NCBI GenBank assembly: GCA_964648705.1
Contig: CAZYOI010000002.1
Span: 1 to 30,058 of the forward strand
Length of the DNA: 30,058 nt
Origin: an uncultured Candidatus Saccharibacteria bacterium
GTDB taxonomy: Bacteria; Patescibacteriota; Minisyncoccia; Minisyncoccales; GWA2-38-27
Direction of reading: 5' to 3'
Made by a program: the position numbers and the translations under genes. Positions 16,188 to 23,404 of this stretch are shown here, one piece after another (within the stretch, counting starts at the first letter, position 1; every line of letters begins with the position of its first letter). Below the pieces are notes generated by a model. The model was not told where the DNA came from and did not search any database. It saw only the letters and a list, made by a program, of their open reading frames with translations.

Positions 16188-16895
16188 TTAGGCGGTTAAT
16201 TCCGCCCAGTGGCTTTTAGGCTTTAACCTCTTAGAGCCCTTAGCGCAAAGCGGACACTCTGAAGGCTCAACTGCCCAAACCTGCTTTTCAATCAAAGAAA
16301 CAATCCTTAAACCAGCGTAATCAGCTGAAAATTCGGGCGGCCTGTGAACAAGAGTTCCGATAACAGGCATAAACTTAATTTCTTCTTTGTTTCCTTTTTC
16401 TGCCGCTTCCCGAACACTCATCGCCGTTTTCAAGGTTGTAATAAGCTCCTCTATTTGAAGAACCTCGCTGCCCTTCGGAATCTGCCAACGCTTCCAAAGC
16501 ATCTTTTTGGGGTCCTTAGGATCTTTCTCTGTAAAGCCGTGGGCCGCTCCCAGCAGCTTCGCTGCTTCGTAAGAGAAAGTAATCCCGGCATAAGGCGAAC
16601 CGATTACCCAGCCAGCCCTCCGGGTTATGTATTTTCCGAGCTTTTGAACAAGATGGCGGGCAAACAATTCGGCTATCGCGGGATAGCAGAGAACCTTGGA
16701 GCAATTAAAATATCCGTTGCTGCATTTTCCCGATGTCAATTCTGCATGGGGTTTTGCGGAATTGCCGTCATGAAGCCAGACGGCATCATATTCTTCAAAA
16801 ATCCCAATGATTTCCTCCTGGGTTAAGGGATTAGAAGAAATTGAAGCGGGATTGGCCTTCAAAAACAACAGTTTTCTCCACAGTTCCGGTCTCAT
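16188..16895 (-). CDS. pyrE: Orotate phosphoribosyltransferase (divergent); start reassigned to ATG 16895
   Basis: AGGAGG SD before ATG 16895; HAELTSGKCSNGYFN, PRPP-loop-like VLQIEELITT, C-terminal ECPLC; follows pyrF. Confidence 0.8.
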   Translation of the reverse strand: MRPELWRKLLFLKANPASISSNPLTQEEIIGIFEEYDAVWLHDGNSAKPHAELTSGKCSNGYFNCSKVLCYPAIAELFARHLVQKLGKYITRRAGWVIGSPYAGITFSYEAAKLLGAAHGFTEKDPKDPKKMLWKRWQIPKGSEVLQIEELITTLKTAMSVREAAEKGNKEEIKFMPVIGTLVHRPPEFSADYAGLRIVSLIEKQVWAVEPSECPLCAKGSKRLKPKSHWAELTA

Positions 16896-16911
16896 TTCAT
16901 CCTCCTTTCTT

Positions 16912-17676
16912 TCACGATACGCTGGCAATTTCCTCGGCAATCCTCCTGGCTGCCTCTGCCGGACTGCCGATTTGCTCTGGCGGTTCGCGGATAGGACGGC
17001 CGATAACCAAATAATCGGCTCCCGCCTTAATGGCATCAGCAGGAGTCATAATCCTGCTCTGGTCCCCTTTCACCGCCCACGCAGGACGAATACCGGGAGT
17101 AACCATTAAAAGATCGTCGAATTTTGGGTTTTCCCTAAGCACTTCCAGCTCCTGAGGAGAGCAGATGATTCCATCTACCCCTTTATCTTTCAGCATTTCA
17201 GCAAAAGCAATTACTTTGGCCTTAGGAGTATCGCCGAAAATTGACCTACACTCGCTTTCCCCGATAGAAGTCAGAACTGTTACCCCTAGAACAAGAGATT
17301 TTCCCTTGTTCTCAACTGCTTTTGCAATAGCCTCTGAACCGGCTGAAGCATGAAGGTTGAACATTTCTACCCCTATATCAGAAAGAGTTATTGAAGCGCC
17401 TTTCAATGTATTAGGAATATCGTCTAATTTAACATCCCAAAAGTCCTTGCAGGCAAGAATTACAAAAAGGCTTCGGATCCTCGAAAGGTTTTCAACAGCT
17501 TCTTCATACTCTGGATTAATCAAGGATCTCAACGCTGAATAGATAAACTGCAGACCGATTTTAAAACAACCAACAAAAGGAGTTAGTTCGTCAACCAAGG
17601 CAAGTGCTTTTTCAGGACTGTCAACATCCAAAGCGACAATAATTCTGTCTTTGGGCTCCAACTCAGCGGTTTTCAT
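16912..17676 (-). CDS. pyrF: Orotidine-5'-phosphate decarboxylase
   Basis: RIIVALD, FKIG, DVKLDDIPNT (DxKxxD), VTPGIRP, ADYLVIGRPI; AAGGAG SD. Confidence 0.95.
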   Translation of the reverse strand: MKTAELEPKDRIIVALDVDSPEKALALVDELTPFVGCFKIGLQFIYSALRSLINPEYEEAVENLSRIRSLFVILACKDFWDVKLDDIPNTLKGASITLSDIGVEMFNLHASAGSEAIAKAVENKGKSLVLGVTVLTSIGESECRSIFGDTPKAKVIAFAEMLKDKGVDGIICSPQELEVLRENPKFDDLLMVTPGIRPAWAVKGDQSRIMTPADAIKAGADYLVIGRPIREPPEQIGSPAEAARRIAEEIASVS

Positions 17677-17705
17677 CTTTATTCTCCTTTCTTTAGCTCT
17701 AGAGC

Positions 17706-18563
17706 TCAGTTCTCTTTCATATCCCGACGCGCAAAAAGCGTAGGACGCCAGGGATAAGGGATAAAGACAGAACCGAAGCTTATAGCTTCAGCTCCAAGCT
17801 CCCTCAACTCCTGAATATCCTCAAAGTCCCAGACACTGGGACCTATTACCGGGATAGAAAACTTTGAAGCCAATATCTCAGCAAAATCCCACGTAAAAGG
17901 AGAGGCCGCTTTTCCGGAGACTCCTCCTCCGCCAAGATGGGCCAAGGGACTTTCTTTGTTAGGAAAGACGATATCCCAAGGCACGCTGTTAATGGAAAAA
18001 GCCTCAATTATCCCCTTAACTTCGGGAATAATCTTTTCTACGTCATGAATTACGGAAAGCTTGAGAATGAGAGGAAATCTGGAAGCGTCTTCTGCGGATT
18101 TACAGCAATCGATGATTTTCCCTGCGCTCTCCAAAACTCCTTTCTCCGTATTGGGACAGGAGGCATTCAGCTCCATCCCTACAAGATTAAAACGGTTCAA
18201 AGCCATGCACATTTTAAAGACTTCATCCGGCTCCTCGCAGAAAACAGACCCTACCAGAGGTATTTTCCCGGAAATCTTGGGGGCTACCTTTCTGCACCAC
18301 CATTTATATCCTTTGTTGGTCAGCCCGACAGAGTTGACTGTTCCTCCTTCGATAAGACGGATACATCCGAAAGGGTTGTACCATCTTAAGTTTCCTTTTC
18401 TCGGCTCATAAGTAAGCGTTTTTATAACAACCGTGAACAAACTGGGGTCCAGCAGGCCCATCCATCTCAAGGGCTTCTCCCAAAACCATCCTTTTCCGTC
18501 AAAAGCAAGAGCTCCGGAAGCTACCATGTACTCGAACCTGTGCCCGTTTGACAGCTTTATCAT
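17706..18563 (-). CDS. pyrD: Dihydroorotate dehydrogenase, family 1-like (divergent)
   Basis: ASG, IKT, PRKGN, NSVGLTNKG, ELNASCPN (catalytic Cys), LKLS, GGVSG; operon with pyrF and pyrE. Confidence 0.85.
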   Translation of the reverse strand: MIKLSNGHRFEYMVASGALAFDGKGWFWEKPLRWMGLLDPSLFTVVIKTLTYEPRKGNLRWYNPFGCIRLIEGGTVNSVGLTNKGYKWWCRKVAPKISGKIPLVGSVFCEEPDEVFKMCMALNRFNLVGMELNASCPNTEKGVLESAGKIIDCCKSAEDASRFPLILKLSVIHDVEKIIPEVKGIIEAFSINSVPWDIVFPNKESPLAHLGGGGVSGKAASPFTWDFAEILASKFSIPVIGPSVWDFEDIQELRELGAEAISFGSVFIPYPWRPTLFARRDMKEN

Positions 18564-18600
18564 TATTCTTCTCCTTTTTTCAATGAACCAAAGATATTTT

Positions 18601-18628
18601 ATCCTAATACAATTTCCCCTTATGTCAA
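18601..18628 (-). promoter_or_regulatory. Putative promoter of pyrD-pyrF-pyrE
   Basis: Minus strand TTGACA (18628-18623), 16 bp, TAGGAT (18606-18601). Confidence 0.5.
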
Positions 18629-18631
18629 TAC

Positions 18632-18660
18632 TTGATTTTATACAGAAAATCAGTTAATAT
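18632..18660 (+). promoter_or_regulatory. Sigma70 promoter of the tRNA cluster, divergent from the pyr promoter
   Basis: TTGATT (18632-18637), 17 bp, TAATAT (18655-18660); tRNA 5' end at 18666. Confidence 0.65.
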
Positions 18661-18665
18661 GTTAC

Positions 18666-18981
18666 TGCGGGGTGGAGAAGTAGTATCTCGCGAGGCCCAT
18701 AAATTTTTGTGGCCTAGAGTAGCAATACTCTATGGAAAAATTCCTTAAATTGCCGGAAAACCATTATAGCTCTTTTTGCTACAACGTAATTCGCAAGAAT
18801 AGACGTGAATGCTAAGAAAAAAAGAGATTTGGTCACCAGCAGCCAAGCTGTTTTCTAAACAGAAGGTTCAGAGACTATAATAGGAATCTCCTTTAAGGAG
18901 AATGGGATAGTCCATTCCATTTAGAAATAAATGGTATCACTAAAGAACCTCGAGACGTCAGTGCAACTCTGGCCCCCGCAA
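18666..18981 (+). tRNA. Initiator-type tRNA-Met(CAU) split by an intron; exons 18666-18700 and 18946-18981
   Basis: Joined exons fold as a cloverleaf: acceptor TGCGGGG/CCCCGCA, D stem GAGA/TCTC, anticodon stem CGAGG/CCTCG with loop CC-CAT-AA, T stem GTCAG/CTGGC; fMet-like GCGGGGTGGAG...GGCCCCCGCAA ends; CCA not encoded. Confidence 0.9.
18701..18945 (+). ncRNA. Group I self-splicing intron (245 nt, no ORF) at tRNA position 36/37
   Basis: 5' exon ends in U with IGS GTGG (18709-18712); P2 TAGAGTA-GCAA-TACTCTA; P3 ATTCCT/AGGAAT; P-like AAATTGCCGGAAA; R GTTCAGAGACTATA; P7 GACTAT/ATAGTC; P8 CTCCT/AGGAG; P9 CCATTTA-GAAA-TAAATGG; terminal G at 18945. Confidence 0.93.
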
Positions 18982-19104
18982 CAAATTTATCCACATTATA
19001 TATTTACAAAAAAGAGGGGAAAGCATACGAGACATTGCAAAGAAGCTAGAAAAAGGTTTAATCGAAGGGTTATCAAAAGCCCGCCTTAAAAAAGAATAAA
19101 TTAC

Positions 19105-19175
19105 GCCGGGGAGTAGAATGGCATCTAAAGCCGTCTCATAAGCGGTTAAAGTGGGTTCGATTCCCGCCCCCGGCA
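19105..19175 (+). tRNA. tRNA(CAU), probably elongator tRNA-Met (Ile2 not excluded), with a non-canonical D region
   Basis: Acceptor GCCGGGG/CCCCGGC, A73; D stem TAGA/TCTA; anticodon stem GCCGT/GCGGT with loop CT-CAT-AA; T arm GTGGG-TTCGATT-CCCGC. Confidence 0.85.
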
Positions 19176-19179
19176 CACT

Positions 19180-19252
19180 GGGGGCGTAGATCAATTGGCA
19201 GATCGCATCCTTGTCACGGATGAGGTTGCCGGTTCAAATCCGGTCGCTCCCG
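19180..19252 (+). tRNA. tRNA-Asp(GUC), intron-less
   Basis: Acceptor GGGGGCG/CGCTCCC, G73; D stem GATC/GATC; anticodon stem CATCC/GGATG with loop TT-GTC-AC; T arm GCCGG-TTCAAAT-CCGGT. Confidence 0.97.
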
Positions 19253-19253
19253 C

Positions 19254-19286
19254 ATAAAAAAACACCTCTAAAGGAGTGTTTTTATT
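19254..19286. terminator. Probable bidirectional terminator between the tRNA cluster and the convergent gatA chain
   Basis: AAAAACAC(C)TCT-AAA-GGAGTGTTTTT hairpin flanked by A and T tracts. Confidence 0.7.
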
Positions 19287-19294
19287 AAAGAGAA

Positions 19295-19804
19295 TTAGAT
19301 AGCCTCCAGATCCCTTAAGGCCTCTTCATAAACCTTAAGCGTTTTCTCTGCCTCTTCTCTGTCTAGGCTGTAGTCTGGATCATGAACCACTTTGTTTCTA
19401 GTCCTGTGGGCTTCTTTTATCTCTTCCAGCTTGGGAACAACTCCCTCCTCCACATTATCCAAAACATCTTTTACCGTCTCCTCTTTGTAACCCATTTTCT
19501 GGAAAACCTCCCAGAGAAGGGTGTCTGCGTCAATCAAGGCCATTTTGAATTCAGATTCTTTTCCAGATTCCAAGCGCTTTAAAATCTCATCCCATCTTTT
19601 TCCCGTCTCTTTTCTTTCAAAAGGCCTGTAAGACAAAGCTTCTGTATAGTCCTCAAGATATTTGCGCTTCAGCCAGCTGTTTTTCAGCAGAAGAAAAACA
19701 ATCCAGGCAAAAAGATAAAGCCCTACGGCTATAAAGATAAATCTTGCTACTCTGTAAAGAGCGTAGACCTCCGGATTTTTAACAAACTCCAAAAAAGAAT
19801 TCAT
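19295..19804 (-). CDS. Membrane-anchored helical protein with HEPN-like Rx4H motif
   Basis: N-terminal TM helix (ARFIFIAVGLYLFAWIVFLLL); A..DAD.LL helix and HRTRNKVVHD; overlaps the gatA stop by 4 nt. Confidence 0.65.
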   Translation of the reverse strand: MNSFLEFVKNPEVYALYRVARFIFIAVGLYLFAWIVFLLLKNSWLKRKYLEDYTEALSYRPFERKETGKRWDEILKRLESGKESEFKMALIDADTLLWEVFQKMGYKEETVKDVLDNVEEGVVPKLEEIKEAHRTRNKVVHDPDYSLDREEAEKTLKVYEEALRDLEAI

Positions 19805-21201
19805 TGGGCTATTTTTAATATCTTATGCTCTTCAAAAGGCCGGCCTATTATCTGAAAGCCGACGGGAAGCTTTCCTTTAGTAAAGCCGGCCGGCGCAGAG
19901 ACCGCGGGCAGACCGACCAGAGACGCCGGAGCCGTAAAAACATCGCATAAATACATAGAAATAGGATCTCTAATCTTCTCTCCCAATTTAAAGGGAGGAG
20001 TGGGAGAGGTGGGAGAGAAAATAACGTCAACCTCTTTGAAGGCCTTGTTAAAGTCCTCTATAATCAAAGTCCTCACCCTTTCTGATTTTAGATAGAAATC
20101 GTCATAATAGCCGGCAGAAAGAGCGTAAGTGCCGAGCATGATTCTTCTCTTAACCTCAGGGCCGAAACCCTTTTCTCTGCTTCTCTTGTAAACCCCCATT
20201 AAATCATCTTCTTTTTCCGACAGGCCGTACCTTATGCCGTCATACCTCGCCAAATTAGCTGAAGCTTCAGAAGTGTTAATGAGATAATAAGTAGGTACGG
20301 CATATTTTGTATGGGGCAGACTTATCTCCTTTATCTCGGCTCCCCTGTCCTCATACTTTTTAACAGCTTCTCTTACCAGCTTCTCCACTTCTTTGTCTAA
20401 ACCCTTGACAAAGTACTCTTTGGGAATTCCTATCTTCACTTTCTTCAAATCAACCTTGCTCTCTTTCCCGGGATAATCTATGCTGGTAGAGTCCATATTG
20501 TCTTTTCCCGCAAGCTCTTTAAAAACAATCTCAGCGTCTTCGGCTGTCTTTGTTATAGGTCCTATCTGGTCCAAAGAGGAAGCGAAAGCTATCAATCCGC
20601 AACGAGAAACGGCGCCGTAAGTAGGCCTAAGTCCGACAACCCCGCAGAAGGAGGCCGGCTGCCTTATAGAGCCTCCTGTATCAGATCCTAAAGCGTAAAC
20701 AGCCATATCAGAGGCTACAGCCGCAGCAGAGCCGCCTGAAGTCCCTCCCGGCACCCTCTCTAAATCATGAGGGTTTTTAGTCGGGAAAAAGGCGGAGTTT
20801 TCAGTAGAAGCTCCCATGCCGAATTCATCCATATTGGTCTTGCCTAAAACAACAGCTCCCAGATTAAGCAATTTGTCTATAACGGTGGCGTTATAGGGAG
20901 AGACATAATCCTCTAAAATCTTAGAGCCAGCTGTAGCTTTTACACCTTCTACTAAAATATTGTCTTTTACTGCCATAGGAGTTCCGGCTAAAAGAGGAAT
21001 ATCTTTGCCAGAAGAGATAAGCTCATCTACCTTTTCAGCCTGAGAGATAGCTAAATCCTCTGTAACTGTAATAAAAGCTGAGATATCCTTATCTTTTTTC
21101 TTAATTCTATCCAAGAAAGACAAAGCAAGCTCTCTTGCGGAAAACTTTTTATCAATCAATCCTTTATGGGTTTTTTGAATAGTAAGACCTTTTAAATCCA
21201 T
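19801..21201 (-). CDS. gatA: Asp-tRNA(Asn)/Glu-tRNA(Gln) amidotransferase subunit A
   Basis: AVKDNI, GKTNMDEFGMG, PGGTSGGS, GSDTGGSIRQPASFCG, SSLDQIGP, SNLARYDG-like SANLARYDG, EVKRRIMLG. Confidence 0.97.
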   Translation of the reverse strand: MDLKGLTIQKTHKGLIDKKFSARELALSFLDRIKKKDKDISAFITVTEDLAISQAEKVDELISSGKDIPLLAGTPMAVKDNILVEGVKATAGSKILEDYVSPYNATVIDKLLNLGAVVLGKTNMDEFGMGASTENSAFFPTKNPHDLERVPGGTSGGSAAAVASDMAVYALGSDTGGSIRQPASFCGVVGLRPTYGAVSRCGLIAFASSLDQIGPITKTAEDAEIVFKELAGKDNMDSTSIDYPGKESKVDLKKVKIGIPKEYFVKGLDKEVEKLVREAVKKYEDRGAEIKEISLPHTKYAVPTYYLINTSEASANLARYDGIRYGLSEKEDDLMGVYKRSREKGFGPEVKRRIMLGTYALSAGYYDDFYLKSERVRTLIIEDFNKAFKEVDVIFSPTSPTPPFKLGEKIRDPISMYLCDVFTAPASLVGLPAVSAPAGFTKGKLPVGFQIIGRPFEEHKILKIAQ

Positions 21202-21205
21202 AAGC

Positions 21206-22051
21206 TTAATTATCTAAAACCAGTCCTCTTTTCTTTAATCCTTCTGCATAATGTTTTTTGATTTGGGCTGAAGTCAAAGACTCGCTATAAACCCTAACGT
21301 TATCAACCCTACAAGATTTTGCCCCGACATGAAGCCCTACAGGATCAACAACAGTGCCCATTTTTTCCCCATCATCAAGAACAAGTATATTATCTTCTTC
21401 CCCATTTATAAAAACTTTTGCTATCTCCTTTGATATGTCATAACTTATAACTATGTGAGCCCATTTATCTATTTCTAAACCACTACTATATTCTTTACTA
21501 TCTACATTTCCGTTGTCATACCATACACCAAAATCAATATCATTGTCTTCAATATGGAGATAAAAATTGGGATTTCTAAAAATCCCATAATAATAATCCG
21601 TCTGCTCCGGTTTCAGCCACACTTCTGTTACAACCCTATCAAAACCATTTAAGGTTTTTAAACTGGAGGATTCCAAAACCTCGAAATAATAACTGTAAGG
21701 ATGACTGCCGTTTCCGAAAATGCCAACTTTGCCCAACTCTCTTATTTCGCTTGAGTCTCTTATTATATTATGATTATTATTCTTACCATGATTATCATTA
21801 CCAGAAGTATCGCAAATATCATTATAATCAGGATCTGAAGTAGGACAGGTGTCATCTCCTGATTCTTCAAAATTCCACTCTCCAAGAATATAAGCTCCCA
21901 AGGCGTTTTTGATGCTGTGGCTAAATTGTAAAGATCTGGCTATTTCAGCCTTCTCTCTAGAACCTTTGATACCGACTAAAACAACACTTGATAAAAAACC
22001 TATTACTGAAACAACAACCAGAAGCTCTATAACAGTAAAGGATTTTCTCAT
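21206..22051 (-). CDS. Type IV pilin-like protein with C-terminal LamG/ConA-like domain
   Basis: Class III signal RKS|FTVIELLVVV with Glu5; GEWNFEE, DTSGNDNHG, WAHIVISYD, VFING, DNVRVYSESLT LamG-like motifs. Confidence 0.85.
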   Translation of the reverse strand: MRKSFTVIELLVVVSVIGFLSSVVLVGIKGSREKAEIARSLQFSHSIKNALGAYILGEWNFEESGDDTCPTSDPDYNDICDTSGNDNHGKNNNHNIIRDSSEIRELGKVGIFGNGSHPYSYYFEVLESSSLKTLNGFDRVVTEVWLKPEQTDYYYGIFRNPNFYLHIEDNDIDFGVWYDNGNVDSKEYSSGLEIDKWAHIVISYDISKEIAKVFINGEEDNILVLDDGEKMGTVVDPVGLHVGAKSCRVDNVRVYSESLTSAQIKKHYAEGLKKRGLVLDN

Positions 22052-22353
22052 TTTTTAAGTATGGACTTAACTTTAAGATAACCTTTTACTGAATCAGGAA
22101 ACAAACTCTTTATCTTCTCAACTCTTTCAATCTCCTCTGGATAAGCTTTGTCTTCTCTCATAATTTCAAGCTTTTTCTCAAAGAATCTCTCTACTGGATG
22201 AAAAGTAGGCTCTATGTCTGCTTTTACCTCGTCTAAAGCCTCAAAGTAATCTAAAATAGAAGAAAGCTCTTTCTGGAACTTCTCTATTTCCTTTTCAGAC
22301 AATCCCATTCTGGCAAGCTCTGCTATATGTTTTACTTCTTTTTTGTCTATCAT
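22048..22353 (-). CDS. gatC: Amidotransferase subunit C
   Basis: EVKHIAELARMGL, ILDYFEALDEV, MRED, YLKVKSIL. Confidence 0.93.
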   Translation of the reverse strand: MIDKKEVKHIAELARMGLSEKEIEKFQKELSSILDYFEALDEVKADIEPTFHPVERFFEKKLEIMREDKAYPEEIERVEKIKSLFPDSVKGYLKVKSILKK

Positions 22354-23402
22354 TTTGGAGCCTCCATTTGGTCTGTTTCTGTCAAAACCTCATGGAGATC
22401 GTCTAAGTTTTCCAAAACCAGGCCTGCTCCCCTCACTACGGCAGTCATAGAGTCTTCAATAAGCCTGGTGGGTATTTTCACTTCCTGCTGGATTAAAACA
22501 TCAAGCTTTTTTAAAAGGCTTCCTCCTCCGGCCAGATAAATCCCCTTGCTCATAATGTCTGCCACAAGCTCTGGCGGGGTCTCTTCAATAGTGTCTTTTA
22601 CAGAGGTTACTATCTGCTTTACGGACTTTTCCATGGCTTTCCTAATATCCTTGTCTGAAACTATAATCTCCTCCGGCAGACCGGTTACCAGATTCCTCCC
22701 CCTCAGAGGCATTTCAAAAGACTCCTCCAAAGGGAGAGCTGAACCTATGTTGATTTTAGCTTTCTCTGCTCCCCTTTCCCCTATTAAAAGCTTGTATTCC
22801 TCCTGAGCGTACCTGACAATATCCTGGTTGAACTTGTCCCCCGCTATTCTTAAGCTTTTAGCTAAAACAATTCCTCCCAGAGAAATAACTGCTACCTCGG
22901 TGGTTCCTCCCCCTATGTCCACTACAAAGTTGCCTCCGGGCTCCTGAACGTCCAAACGAGCTCCAATGGCTGCCGCCATAGGCTCTTCTATTAAAAAGAC
23001 CTGCCTTGCTCCAGCATTCCTGGCAGCGTCGCAGACAGCCTTCTTTTCAACTTCTGTTACGCCGTAAGGTATGCCCACTATCACTCTGGGCCTGGGCCCT
23101 ATGATAAACTTTCTCTTATGGACCTTCTCAATGAAATATCTAAGCATCTCTTCTGTAACTTCAAAGTCAGAAACCACCCCTTCCACCAAGGGACGGGTGG
23201 CTGTGATATACTCCGGGGTTCTCCCAACCATCCTCTGGGCTTCAGTCCCTATAGCCAGAACCTTTCCTGTTTTCTGGTTTATAGCGACAACAGAGGGCTC
23301 GTTGATAACCATGCCCCTTCCTTTAACATAAACCAAAGAAGTGGCTGTTCCCAGGTCAATAGCTATATCATGTGAAAATTTGCTTAAAACTCTGTTTATC
23401 AT
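22350..23402 (-). CDS. mreB: Rod shape-determining actin MreB (paralog 1); start reassigned to ATG 23402
   Basis: IDLGTA, NEPSVVA, RPLVEGVV, EEPMAAAIGA, VDIGGGTTEVAVISLGG, LAGGGSLL. Confidence 0.95.
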   Translation of the reverse strand: MINRVLSKFSHDIAIDLGTATSLVYVKGRGMVINEPSVVAINQKTGKVLAIGTEAQRMVGRTPEYITATRPLVEGVVSDFEVTEEMLRYFIEKVHKRKFIIGPRPRVIVGIPYGVTEVEKKAVCDAARNAGARQVFLIEEPMAAAIGARLDVQEPGGNFVVDIGGGTTEVAVISLGGIVLAKSLRIAGDKFNQDIVRYAQEEYKLLIGERGAEKAKINIGSALPLEESFEMPLRGRNLVTGLPEEIIVSDKDIRKAMEKSVKQIVTSVKDTIEETPPELVADIMSKGIYLAGGGSLLKKLDVLIQQEVKIPTRLIEDSMTAVVRGAGLVLENLDDLHEVLTETDQMEAPK

Positions 23403-23404
23403 AT

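Noticed and set aside
16896-17036. N-terminal extensions predicted for pyrE, and similarly tmk, gyrB, mreB, holB and the 29693-30010 ORF
   Set aside because: Extensions overlap upstream genes or promoters; downstream ATGs match domain starts, SD sites or stop-start coupling
18701-18945. Insert read as a group II intron, archaeal BHB intron or integrated-element att duplication
   Set aside because: No GUGYG start or domain V, no bulge-helix-bulge, no duplicated tRNA segment; group I P3/P7 core is clear
18958-19194. 78-aa minus-strand ORF in the ORF track
   Set aside because: It is antisense to three tRNA sequences; no protein-like features
19180-19252. Possible intron in tRNA-Asp
   Set aside because: The anticodon loop TTGTCAC is contiguous and the cloverleaf is complete
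20725-20760. GatA GGTSGGS instead of GGSSGGS read as a catalytic loss
   Set aside because: The changed residue is the first Ser; the Lys, cis-Ser and nucleophilic Ser (GGSIRQP) positions appear retained
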